Source of the DNA: an uncultured Chloroflexia bacterium
Lineage (GTDB): Bacteria; Chloroflexota; Limnocylindria; QHBO01
NCBI GenBank assembly: GCA_963825525.1
Contig: CAWGTN010000002.1
Span: 1,504,001-1,568,000, forward strand
DNA: 64,000 bases
Reading direction: 5' to 3'
Shown here: positions 31,221 to 39,644 of the stretch, one piece after another
Layout: the number at the start of each line of letters is the position of its first letter
Numbering within the stretch: position 1 is the first letter of the stretch
Notes under the pieces: model-generated
What the model saw: the letters and a program-made list of their open reading frames with translations, nothing else
Told to the model about the DNA's origin: nothing
Databases searched by the model: none
Made by a program: the position numbers and the translations under genes

Positions 31221-31325
31221 ATGCACTTCTGCATCTCCGCCCTTGACGCGCCGCGACTCGCACCCACCGGGAGCGATGTCGACGGGAGATCTGTGCCCTC
31301 ACTCGAGGTTGCGCACCGGCAGTAA
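31221..31325 (+). CDS. putative leader peptide (34 aa) MHFCISALDAPRLAPTGSDVDGRSVPSLEVAHRQ
   Basis: AGAGGAG upstream; lies between the promoter and an intrinsic terminator in a ~340-nt leader. Confidence 0.45.
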   Translation: MHFCISALDAPRLAPTGSDVDGRSVPSLEVAHRQ

Positions 31326-31348
31326 CAGCGCCGACGCAAGACACCACG

Positions 31349-31380
31349 AGCCGTGGGCCGGATCAGGTCCACGGTTTTTT
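31349..31380 (+). terminator. intrinsic terminator in the 5' leader (attenuator)
   Basis: CCGTGGGCC-GGATCA-GGTCCACGG followed by TTTTTT, 100 nt upstream of the ATPase start. Confidence 0.8.
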
Positions 31381-31480
31381 GATGCCCACGGGCATCCGGG
31401 AGCCGCGGACCGAGAGCATCGGGCCCGCGGCTCTCTCCATCTCCGGGCTCAGCAGCGACAGCACCGAATAGGACACGACG

Positions 31481-32381
31481 ATGATCGAGGTCATGGACGA
31501 ACCAAAGACGACAGCCAGCACGACGCCGGTCCGCGAGCCCGTCCGAAGGGTGGGTCCGCCGCCACCGGGCGAGCAGCCGGCAATGCTCATCGAGCACGCC
31601 ACGAAGCGATTCGTGGTCGGCCGCAAGAAGAAGGCGGTGGTCGCGGTCAATGACGTGTCGATGTCGATCCGGCGCGGCGAGATCTACGGGATTCTCGGCG
31701 CCAACGGATCGGGCAAGAGCACGCTCATTCGGCTCATCAGCACGCTGCTGACGATCGACGCCGGGCGGATCCACGTGCTGGGGCACGACGTCGAGCGCGA
31801 GGAGATGGCGGTCAAGCAGCTCATCAACCGGGTGAGCGTGGATGCCGCGTTCTTCAAGAAGCTCAGCCCGCACGAGAACCTGGCCTACGCGGCGCGGCTC
31901 TATGGCCTCGACGCGGCGGCTGCTCGCCGGGACGCCATCCGCATCCTGGCGCGGCTCGGGATCGCGCGAGAAGCGCCTGAGCCGGCCGCTCGAGCAGATG
32001 AGCCGGGGAATGCAGCAGAAGGTCGCGATCGCGCGGGCGCTGCTCACGAGCCCGACGGTGCTGCTGCTCGACGAGCCGACGACGGGCCTCGATCCGCGGT
32101 CGAAGCTCGACGTGCAGGCCTTTATCGAGGAGGTGCGCGACACGCACGACGCGACGATCGTGCTGACGACGCACGACCTTGCCGAGGCGGAGCGGCTGTG
32201 TGACCGGATCAGCGTCATCAACGACGGCCGCCTGGTCGCGGAGGGGACGCCCGACGAGCTGAAGACGCTGGTTGCGACCCAGCAGGGGATGCCTCCGACC
32301 ATGGACAGCGTGTTCATGGCGTTCACGGGACGCAGCCTCGACGACGACCACGACGACGACAACCACGAAGACGACGAGTAG
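31481..32381 (+). CDS. ABC exporter ATP-binding protein (DrrA-like); apparent +1 frameshift at ~31966
   Basis: GANGSGKST in the first frame; MSRGMQQK, LLDEPTTGLD, TTHD in the next frame. Confidence 0.88.
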
Positions 32382-32405
32382 CAGGAACGAAAGGAGGTGA
32401 TTTCC

Positions 32406-32603
32406 GTGCAGAGCAACCTGGACCTGCGTGTCGCGCTCGACTTCGTCGAGGAGCGTCAGGCGCGATTGCGCCGCACGAGCCTCCTCGTGAGCGAGCCGAC
32501 GCAGAAGCGCCGCCGCGTGCGGCGTTGGATCGGCCGAAGGCTGGTGCGCTACGGCCACCGGCTGGCTGCCGAGCCGACGATGCGGCCGGTCCGAGCCCGA
32601 TAA
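32406..32603 (+). CDS. small Arg-rich protein (65 aa)
   Basis: Perfect SD AAGGAGGTGA before GTG; RRVRRWIGRRLVRYGHRLA. Confidence 0.65.
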   Translation: MQSNLDLRVALDFVEERQARLRRTSLLVSEPTQKRRRVRRWIGRRLVRYGHRLAAEPTMRPVRAR

Positions 32604-32627
32604 GGGCCGGGCCGGTCCATCGGCCCT

Positions 32628-32650
32628 GAACGAACGAACGAACGAACGAA
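32628..32650 (+). repeat. (GAAC)5GAA tetranucleotide repeat upstream of the permease
   Basis: Read directly; preceded by hairpin AGGGCCG...CGGCCCT. Confidence 0.85.
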
Positions 32651-32665
32651 GAAAGAGACCGAACG

Positions 32666-33466
32666 ATGTCGATGGCAACGCGCGAGCTGAAGGCGAGCTT
32701 CGCCTTCGTCGAGCGCAACTTCAACCTGACGAAGCGTTACTGGGGCTGGGAGGTGGCGTGGCTCGTCTATTCCCTGGCGGCCGCCCTGGCGGTGGCCTTC
32801 ATCGGCGTTGCCCAAAACGACACCGAGCTGCTCCAGGTGCTCGTGATCGGCACGATCTTCTGGAACTTCCTCTCGATCGTCTTCGGCTTCATCGGCGAGA
32901 CGGTGACCTGGGAGCGCTGGGAGGGGACCCTGGAATACACCTTCATGGCACCCGTGCGCCGGTACACCCAGCTCATCGGGTCCACGGTCTTTGCGGTGAG
33001 CTACGCGCTCATCCAGATGGTCGTGATCCTCATCGTGATGATGCTGTTCTTCGGGCTGGAGTTCACCGGCGGCAACTTCGTGACCGCCGCGGTGTTCCTT
33101 GGCATCGGCTCACTGAGCTTCGTGGGAGTCGGCATGATGGCGGCCATCCTGCCGCTGCTCTACGTGGAGCGTGGCGACCAGATGGTGTTCCTCATCCAGT
33201 CGGTGATCCTGCTGTTCAGCGGGGTCTACTACTCGACCGACATCCTTCCCGACTGGATGCAGTTCGTCAGCCAGTTCTCGCCGGGCACCTACGTGCTCGA
33301 CGGGATCCGTGAGGGGCTCATCAAGGGCACGCCGGTAACGGAGCTGCTCCACGACGTGTGGCCGCTGCTGATCATGGCCGTGGTCCTCATCCCCCTGGGC
33401 GTCTACGTCTTCGGGATCGCGGAGCGCTACGCGAAGCGCACGGGCAAGCTGAAGAGAGTCGGATGA
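32666..33466 (+). CDS. ABC-2 type permease
   Basis: Six TM; ERWEGTLEYTFMAP, FSGVYY..LPDWMQ. Confidence 0.9.
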   Translation: MSMATRELKASFAFVERNFNLTKRYWGWEVAWLVYSLAAALAVAFIGVAQNDTELLQVLVIGTIFWNFLSIVFGFIGETVTWERWEGTLEYTFMAPVRRYTQLIGSTVFAVSYALIQMVVILIVMMLFFGLEFTGGNFVTAAVFLGIGSLSFVGVGMMAAILPLLYVERGDQMVFLIQSVILLFSGVYYSTDILPDWMQFVSQFSPGTYVLDGIREGLIKGTPVTELLHDVWPLLIMAVVLIPLGVYVFGIAERYAKRTGKLKRVG

Positions 33467-34488
33467 TGGAGATTGACATGAAGACCGATACGGCCGCTCA
33501 CGCGGCGGACATTCCCGGCCTTGTGGTGCGACCGTACGCCGGCGAGGCCGATCTGCCCGAGGTGGCGCGCGTCCAGAGCGCGGAGTGGGCCGCCGATGGC
33601 GTGAGCGAGCGCGCGAGCGTGGACCAGCTGCGGGCGTGGTGGGGCAATCCGTCGGAGCAGTTCGACCCGGCGCGCGATGTCGACATCATCGAGATCCACG
33701 GCCGGGTCGTGGCGGTCACCCAGCGCGACTGGACCGATACCACCGATGGCGTCCGCGAGTACCGGGGCCGGGGCTGGATCGAGCCGGAGCACCGCCGCCG
33801 CGGAATCGGGACCATGCTGGTCGCCCGCAACGAGGCGGTTCGCCGCAGCCTGGCAGCGACCCACGACACCCGCCGACCGCTCGTGCTCGGCATGGGAGGC
33901 CCCGAATCCAACGTCGGGGCCCAGACCCTTGCCCGCGCGTTCGGCTACGAGCCGGAGCGCTGGTTCACCGACATGGAGCGTCCTCTGACCGGTGACCTGC
34001 CGGATGTGCCTCCGATACCCGATGGCCTCGAGGTGCGCCCGGCATCGGCGGACCAGTCGCGCCAGATCTGGGAGGCGGATCACGATGCCTTCCGCGACCA
34101 CTGGGGTGGCTGGGATCCGTCGGATGCGAGCTATCGGCGCTGGGTGGAGTCGCCGGAGTTCCAGCCCGACCTCATGCTCGTGGCGTGGGACGGTGACGAG
34201 ATCGCGGGCGCCGTGCTCAATGCGGTCTATGCCGACGAGAACGAGGAGCTGGGAATCAGTCGCGGCTGGCTCGACAGCGTCTTCACGCGACGACGGTGGC
34301 GGCGGCGCGGGCTGGCTCGCGCGCTCATCGTGCGCTCGCTCCACCTGCTGCGCGACGGTGGCCTGGCAGCGGCGGCTCTCGGCGTCGACGGCGACAATCC
34401 GTCGGGCGCTTTCGGCCTGTACGAATCGGTTGGGTTCCAGCCGACCAAGAGGTTTGTTGCCTGGCGCAAGCCGATGGAGGGTGCGTGA
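33466..34488 (+). CDS. double-domain GNAT acetyltransferase
   Basis: PEHRRRGIG and WRRRGLARAL acetyl-CoA motifs; LGVDGDNPSGAFGLYESVGF. Confidence 0.88.
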   Translation: MEIDMKTDTAAHAADIPGLVVRPYAGEADLPEVARVQSAEWAADGVSERASVDQLRAWWGNPSEQFDPARDVDIIEIHGRVVAVTQRDWTDTTDGVREYRGRGWIEPEHRRRGIGTMLVARNEAVRRSLAATHDTRRPLVLGMGGPESNVGAQTLARAFGYEPERWFTDMERPLTGDLPDVPPIPDGLEVRPASADQSRQIWEADHDAFRDHWGGWDPSDASYRRWVESPEFQPDLMLVAWDGDEIAGAVLNAVYADENEELGISRGWLDSVFTRRRWRRRGLARALIVRSLHLLRDGGLAAAALGVDGDNPSGAFGLYESVGFQPTKRFVAWRKPMEGA

Positions 34489-35483
34489 TGGATAACGAGC
34501 TGGGGATCGTGGGCCCAGACATCGCCGGGCTGGCGTTCCGTCGCTTCCGCGGGGAGGACGATCTGCCCGGGATGCTGGCGCTCCTCAATAAGGCGCATGC
34601 AGCGGACGGGGTCGACGAGGTCCTGACCCTTGACCAGCTGCGGCTGAATTACGCCACGCTCGTGAATTGCGATCCCGAGCGCGACATGTGCCTGGCGGAG
34701 GTCGATGGTGAGGTCGTGGCCTACGGCCGCGTCTTCTGGCAGGACCTCGTGGACGGCGGGCGGACGTACGAGAATTTCGGGCTGGTTCGCCCGGATTGGC
34801 GGCGCCGCGGGATCGGCGGGGCCCTCCACCGGCAGAACGAAGCCCGCCTCCGTGAGATCGCGGCCGATCACGACATCTCGCCGAAATGGCTTTCGTCCGA
34901 GGGGGTGGACGACGATGCGGGGAACGCCGCACTGCTGCTGGGCGACGGCTACCAGCCGGTCAGGTACTTCTACGACATGGTGGCGGCATCCCTGGATGGG
35001 CTGCAGCCGGTGCCGATGCCTGACGGGATCGAGCTTCGCCCGGTGTCGCGCGACCAGTATCGGGCCATCTGGGAGGCGTCGGCGGAGGCGTTCCGTGACC
35101 ATTGGGGCGAGGCCGAGTGGGCCGAGGCCGATTGGGAGCGGTTTCAGTCCGAGCCGGAGAACGCCGACCCGCGGCTGTGGCGCGTCGGCTGGGCCGGGGA
35201 TGAGGTGGCTGGCGCCGTCACGGTCACCGTGCCGGAGGAGGAGAACAGGCTGCACGAGCGCGCCCGGGTCTACGTGGCGTGGGTCTCGGTCCGTCGCGCG
35301 TGGCGCCGGCGCGGGCTGGCGCGTGCGCTCATGGCGAGCGGGCTGCTTGCTGCCCGCGACGAGGGATTCACCTCGGCGAGCCTTGGCGTCGACACCGACA
35401 GCCCGACCGGGGCCACGTCCCTCTACGAATCTCTGGGGTTCGCGCCGGAGAAGTCGTTCACCGCGTATCGCAAGGCCATGTAG
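34488..35483 (+). CDS. double-domain GNAT acetyltransferase (tandem paralogue)
   Basis: PDWRRRGIG and WRRRGLARAL; AFRDHWG shared with the upstream paralogue. Confidence 0.88.
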   Translation: MDNELGIVGPDIAGLAFRRFRGEDDLPGMLALLNKAHAADGVDEVLTLDQLRLNYATLVNCDPERDMCLAEVDGEVVAYGRVFWQDLVDGGRTYENFGLVRPDWRRRGIGGALHRQNEARLREIAADHDISPKWLSSEGVDDDAGNAALLLGDGYQPVRYFYDMVAASLDGLQPVPMPDGIELRPVSRDQYRAIWEASAEAFRDHWGEAEWAEADWERFQSEPENADPRLWRVGWAGDEVAGAVTVTVPEEENRLHERARVYVAWVSVRRAWRRRGLARALMASGLLAARDEGFTSASLGVDTDSPTGATSLYESLGFAPEKSFTAYRKAM

Positions 35484-35596
35484 GTTCGGGCGGCGGCTCG
35501 TTGCGCGGTCGTGGGCGGCTCGTGGGCGGCGTTGTGACCAACGCTCTCCTGGTGCGCGTATGACGAGTGGTGGGCCCGCTACCTGACAACTGCCGG

Positions 35597-35694
35597 CCTG
35601 GTTCGCATTAGCGGGCGCTGCGCTCCAGGGCCGACTCAATCCGTGCTCATGCGGCGGGGTCTTAGGCACGACTGGTCGGCTAATGCGAACCAGG
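35597..35694. repeat. perfect 16-bp inverted repeat (REP/MITE-like)
   Basis: CCTGGTTCGCATTAGC at 35597-35612 and GCTAATGCGAACCAGG at 35679-35694. Confidence 0.85.
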
Positions 35695-35803
35695 AGTGCA
35701 TATGGCAGGGCGCGCGCTGCCCACGCACGTGACGCGGGCCCCGCACGGCGCGCTCTGGCCCCCACTCGCCGCGCCGCCGCGCCTCAGCGAACTCCGAGCC
35801 AGC

Positions 35804-36952
35804 CTAGCCTCGCTCCGACAGCACCCGATCCCGGGTCTCGTAGTAGAAGTCGACGATCCGCTCCGTCACGCGATCCCAGCTGAACTCGGGGGCGCGGGCG
35901 CGGCCGGCCTCGCCCATCTCGTGCCGCAGCTCTGGATCTCGCGCCAGCGCGTACAGGCCGGCAGCCAGAGCCCGCGGATTCCTCGGCTCCACGAGCAACC
36001 CCTGGACGTTGCGCTCCACCACCCGTTTGAATCCGTGGATGTCGGAGGCGACGATCGGCACACCGGCGGCCATGGCTTCGAGCAGCACGATCCCGAACGA
36101 CTCCTGTCCGGTGTTCGGGGCGCAATAGATGTCGGCCGATGCGAAGTAGCGGACCTTGGCCTCGTCGTCCACGCGACCCAGGAACTCGACGTCGCGGATC
36201 CCGCGCAGCCCCACGTAGCGCTTGTACTCGCGCAGCTTCGGCCCCGCTCCCACCACCAGCAGCCGAGCGTCGACCTTGCGCTTGCGGAGCCGATGGTATG
36301 CCTTCAACAGGTGGGTGAGACCCTTGCGCTCCTCGAGGCGGCCGACGAACAGGATGTTCAACGTCCCGTCGCGCAGCTCCTCGAACGGCTCGGCCTGCGT
36401 GAAGCGGTCGAGGTCCACGCCGTTGGGAATGATCCGATATTCGCCGGGGAAGTACGTGCTGATGAAGTGGCGCGCGGCCCCGCTGACCGCGATCCGTCCA
36501 TGGAGCAGGTTGGCCAGGCCACCGGCGAAGCGCCCACCCACCCAATAGGACGGTGAGAAGCCGCCGAAGGCGTGGAACGTCGCGATGTTGACCGTCTCGG
36601 ACTGGTCGAGCACGGTCGGCGAGAGGAAGGGCACGAACGGCTCGTGGAAGTGGAGGATGTCGAACCGTTGCGCCTCGAGCACCTCGCGCGCCTGGCGCTT
36701 GAACCGCAGGCCCAGGGTCACGCGCCCGACACTGCCGTTGGCCGGCGCCGCCCACCCGGTGCCCAGGCGGATGATGTGCCCCTCGCTCTCTCGCTGTCGC
36801 CCGTACTTGCTGGTGATGATCCACACGTCGTGGCCCAGGCGTCGCATGGCCTCGTACGTGAAGCGCACGTGCTCGTTCACCCCGCCGGGGTGCGGATACC
36901 CGTACGGGCTGACGATGCCGATCTTCAACGGCGGTCGAGCCGGCGACGTCAT
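35804..36952 (-). CDS. pimA: phosphatidyl-myo-inositol alpha-mannosyltransferase (GT4)
   Basis: KIGIVSPY..PGGVNEH, NGSV, HFHEP..P, ATFH, APNTGQESFGIVLLEAMAAG; operon context. Confidence 0.85.
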   Translation of the reverse strand: MTSPARPPLKIGIVSPYGYPHPGGVNEHVRFTYEAMRRLGHDVWIITSKYGRQRESEGHIIRLGTGWAAPANGSVGRVTLGLRFKRQAREVLEAQRFDILHFHEPFVPFLSPTVLDQSETVNIATFHAFGGFSPSYWVGGRFAGGLANLLHGRIAVSGAARHFISTYFPGEYRIIPNGVDLDRFTQAEPFEELRDGTLNILFVGRLEERKGLTHLLKAYHRLRKRKVDARLLVVGAGPKLREYKRYVGLRGIRDVEFLGRVDDEAKVRYFASADIYCAPNTGQESFGIVLLEAMAAGVPIVASDIHGFKRVVERNVQGLLVEPRNPRALAAGLYALARDPELRHEMGEAGRARAPEFSWDRVTERIVDFYYETRDRVLSERG

Positions 36953-37692
36953 CGCCATTCCCCTGTGGGCCGCAGGGTATGCCGCAGGTGCCTTGCCTTG
37001 GCTCCCAGCTGGCGCCGATACACGTCGAGATTGTGCCGGTTCGACCAGAACGCGCCATCGGGCCGGGTGGTGCGCGCCTCGATGGCCGCCCGATAATCGG
37101 CCCCGCTGCTCCCCGGGAACCATGTCCACCCCGAGCCGATGCCCTCGAGAACGTGCGCATCGGAGTTCCCGACGGCCGCCAGCTCGAGGACGGTTTCGTT
37201 CAATCGGTCGCGTGCGGATCGTCTCGACCGTCCGGCGGCTGACGGGTTCATCAGCTCGATGCCATCCAGCCGATGCCGCGCGTCGCTGGCCTGCTGCGCC
37301 GCGCGCAGCGATCGGGACCCGAGAGACGGGGTGAGGGGCGCCAGCGGGTGGGCGGCGACCGCGATCCCGCCCTGGTCATGGATTCGCTCCAGGGTCTCGG
37401 GTAGTGGTCGCAGCGCCGGGATCCGATCCGTGATGAAGAGGGCCAGGACGTGGCCGCGACGGGTCGTGATCTCCTCGCCGACCACCAGCTCGAACGAATA
37501 GTTGCCCTGGGCATGGAGATCGCGCGCCCGCAGCGCGCCATCGATGCGCTCGTGGTCGGTGATGGCCACGAGGTCGAGATCGGTTCGCGCCTCGACGTGG
37601 TCGAGCACAGCCTGGACCCCGGCAGTCCCATCCGAGTACAGCGTGTGGAGGTGCATGTCGGCCTTGCCATGATCGCCGCCGGATCGTGTCAT
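36949..37692 (-). CDS. PHP-domain metallophosphoesterase
   Basis: DMHLHTLYSDG, AITDH, GEEIT, AHP, GNSDAH. Confidence 0.9.
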   Translation of the reverse strand: MTRSGGDHGKADMHLHTLYSDGTAGVQAVLDHVEARTDLDLVAITDHERIDGALRARDLHAQGNYSFELVVGEEITTRRGHVLALFITDRIPALRPLPETLERIHDQGGIAVAAHPLAPLTPSLGSRSLRAAQQASDARHRLDGIELMNPSAAGRSRRSARDRLNETVLELAAVGNSDAHVLEGIGSGWTWFPGSSGADYRAAIEARTTRPDGAFWSNRHNLDVYRRQLGAKARHLRHTLRPTGEWR

Positions 37693-38573
37693 GCGTCGGC
37701 CCGCCGGAGATCGGGCCAGAACGGCTGGAACGCGCCCCACCACTGCTCCGGCGCCTCACCGATGTCGTGCTCGTATCGGGCGGCCATGAGCTTCGTCAGG
37801 GCGGCCACATCGGCCCGTCGGTCGCCGGTGGAAGGCAACGCGATCACCTCGCCATCGGCGACGAACCGTTCAGGACCCGTACGCAGGCAGCGACCGACGA
37901 TCAGGGCCGCGTGGTGGGCGATGGCCAGGACCGCCGGGCCGATCGGCACCGTGGTCGGATGCCCGAACATCGTCACCGGGAGCCCGTCACCGGCCAGGTC
38001 GCGGTCGCCGATGATCCCGACCGTGCCGCCGGCACGCAGCCGGGCGCTCAATGCGCGGCGCGCACCGCTCAGCGGCACGAGCTCGATCCTCGCCCCACCC
38101 CGCCGCGCCGCGAGAAACTCGAACAGGACGCGCGGCTCGATCTCCTCGATCGGGGCAAGGGGCCGGTGCCCGTGGGCCGCTATGAACACGCCGAACGGCT
38201 CGAAATTGCCGAGATGGGAGCTCACCAGCATCCCCGGGCCGTCGCGCAGCGCCGCCCCGAAGACCGCCCAATCCGGCACCGCGACGATCTCGTCGATGCG
38301 GTCGAGGGGATAGTGCGGCGCCCGCAGCAGCTCGAGGTAGTAGCGCGCGTGATTGCGGAACGCGGCACGCACCAGATCTCGGAATGGCCTGCCTCGCGTC
38401 GGTCGACCGGTCGCGGCACACACCCGCGCAAGATTGGCGGCCACCATCCGTCGACGGTCGGGCGCCATCCGGTACCACGCCGCGCCGAGCAGGTCAGCCA
38501 GGCGGTATGCCACGGAGGACGGCAACCAGGCAACGATGCGGTCCGCGATGCCGAGGCCGAGACGAAGCATCAC
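37689..38573 (-). CDS. PIM acyltransferase PatA-like (HtrB/LpxL family), copy 2
   Basis: HLGNFE, IIGDRDL, PEQWWGAFQPFW. Confidence 0.85.
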   Translation of the reverse strand: MMLRLGLGIADRIVAWLPSSVAYRLADLLGAAWYRMAPDRRRMVAANLARVCAATGRPTRGRPFRDLVRAAFRNHARYYLELLRAPHYPLDRIDEIVAVPDWAVFGAALRDGPGMLVSSHLGNFEPFGVFIAAHGHRPLAPIEEIEPRVLFEFLAARRGGARIELVPLSGARRALSARLRAGGTVGIIGDRDLAGDGLPVTMFGHPTTVPIGPAVLAIAHHAALIVGRCLRTGPERFVADGEVIALPSTGDRRADVAALTKLMAARYEHDIGEAPEQWWGAFQPFWPDLRRADA

Positions 38574-39589
38574 GCGGCGATCTTCGTCCAGTCCTCGCCG
38601 CGCCGGGCTGCCTCGAGTGCAGCTCGGGCTTCGGCTCGCTCGGCGTCGGTCTCCGGCCACACCGGGCGGAACATGTACCACTGCCCGGGATCCTCGGCGA
38701 TGACCCCGCCCAGCGCGTCGGCCAGCGCCTGGGTCGCGCGGTAGATCTCCGCCGGCTCGGTGCTCGCGCAGTGGATGAAGGGCAGGCCGCGGGCATCGAA
38801 CCGGTCGTCGCGGTCCCTCCGGCACCAGACCGGAAGCAGCGGGGCGCCGGTCTTGGCGGCCAGCGTCGCGGGCCCGATGGGGAACGTCGTCGCCTCCCCG
38901 CACAGCTCGACCGGCACGTCGCCGCGCCGGTAGCCGCCGTCGCAGAACAGGACGAGGTTGCCGTTCTCGCGCAGGACCTTGAACAGGCCGCGCAGGTTAC
39001 GCCACCCGATGACGAAGATGTTCTGGCTGGCCCGCGCCGCGGCGAGATGGTCGTAGAGCCGGCCGTACGTCGTGTCGTCGGCAACGACGTGCAGCGCCTC
39101 GCCGCTCAGCTTGAGCCCGGGTCCCAGCAGATCCATGCCGCCGATGTGGATCGTGCAGCACAGCACCCCGCGACCCTCCTTGCGCGCCTCGCCGAGGACC
39201 TCGACGTTCTCGATCCGCACGAGGTCCGCCGCGTCGTCACTCGTCAGCTCACCGAGACGCATCATGTCCACCAGGTACTTGGCGTAGTTGCGGAACGCGC
39301 GACGTGCGGCGGCCTTCACGCGCCGGTCATCGGGATCCAGGCGCATCGGCCTGGCCAGGTTCTCGTGGATCAGCTGCTGCTTGGGGCCCGAGAGGTCGTA
39401 GGCGACATTGCCGACCGCCGACGCGCCGAGCATCGCCAGCCGGCGCGGGAGGGCGTTGATGATCCGCTCTCCCGCCAGGTAGAGCCAGTACGTCAGGCGC
39501 TCACGCTTGCGCTCCGCGCTGCTGCCCTCCGGTGATCGGCTGCGGCCGATGCGACCGGCGAAGCCGGTCACGGCCCGTGCGAGATTCAT
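38570..39589 (-). CDS. PIM acyltransferase PatA-like, copy 1
   Basis: AFRNYAKY, HIGGMD, LFCDG, PGQWYMFRPVW. Confidence 0.85.
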   Translation of the reverse strand: MNLARAVTGFAGRIGRSRSPEGSSAERKRERLTYWLYLAGERIINALPRRLAMLGASAVGNVAYDLSGPKQQLIHENLARPMRLDPDDRRVKAAARRAFRNYAKYLVDMMRLGELTSDDAADLVRIENVEVLGEARKEGRGVLCCTIHIGGMDLLGPGLKLSGEALHVVADDTTYGRLYDHLAAARASQNIFVIGWRNLRGLFKVLRENGNLVLFCDGGYRRGDVPVELCGEATTFPIGPATLAAKTGAPLLPVWCRRDRDDRFDARGLPFIHCASTEPAEIYRATQALADALGGVIAEDPGQWYMFRPVWPETDAERAEARAALEAARRGEDWTKIAA

Positions 39590-39644
39590 GCTCGGAGGAG
39601 TATCGACGGACGGGATGACGGCCGCTCGTCGATCGGTCCCCTCC

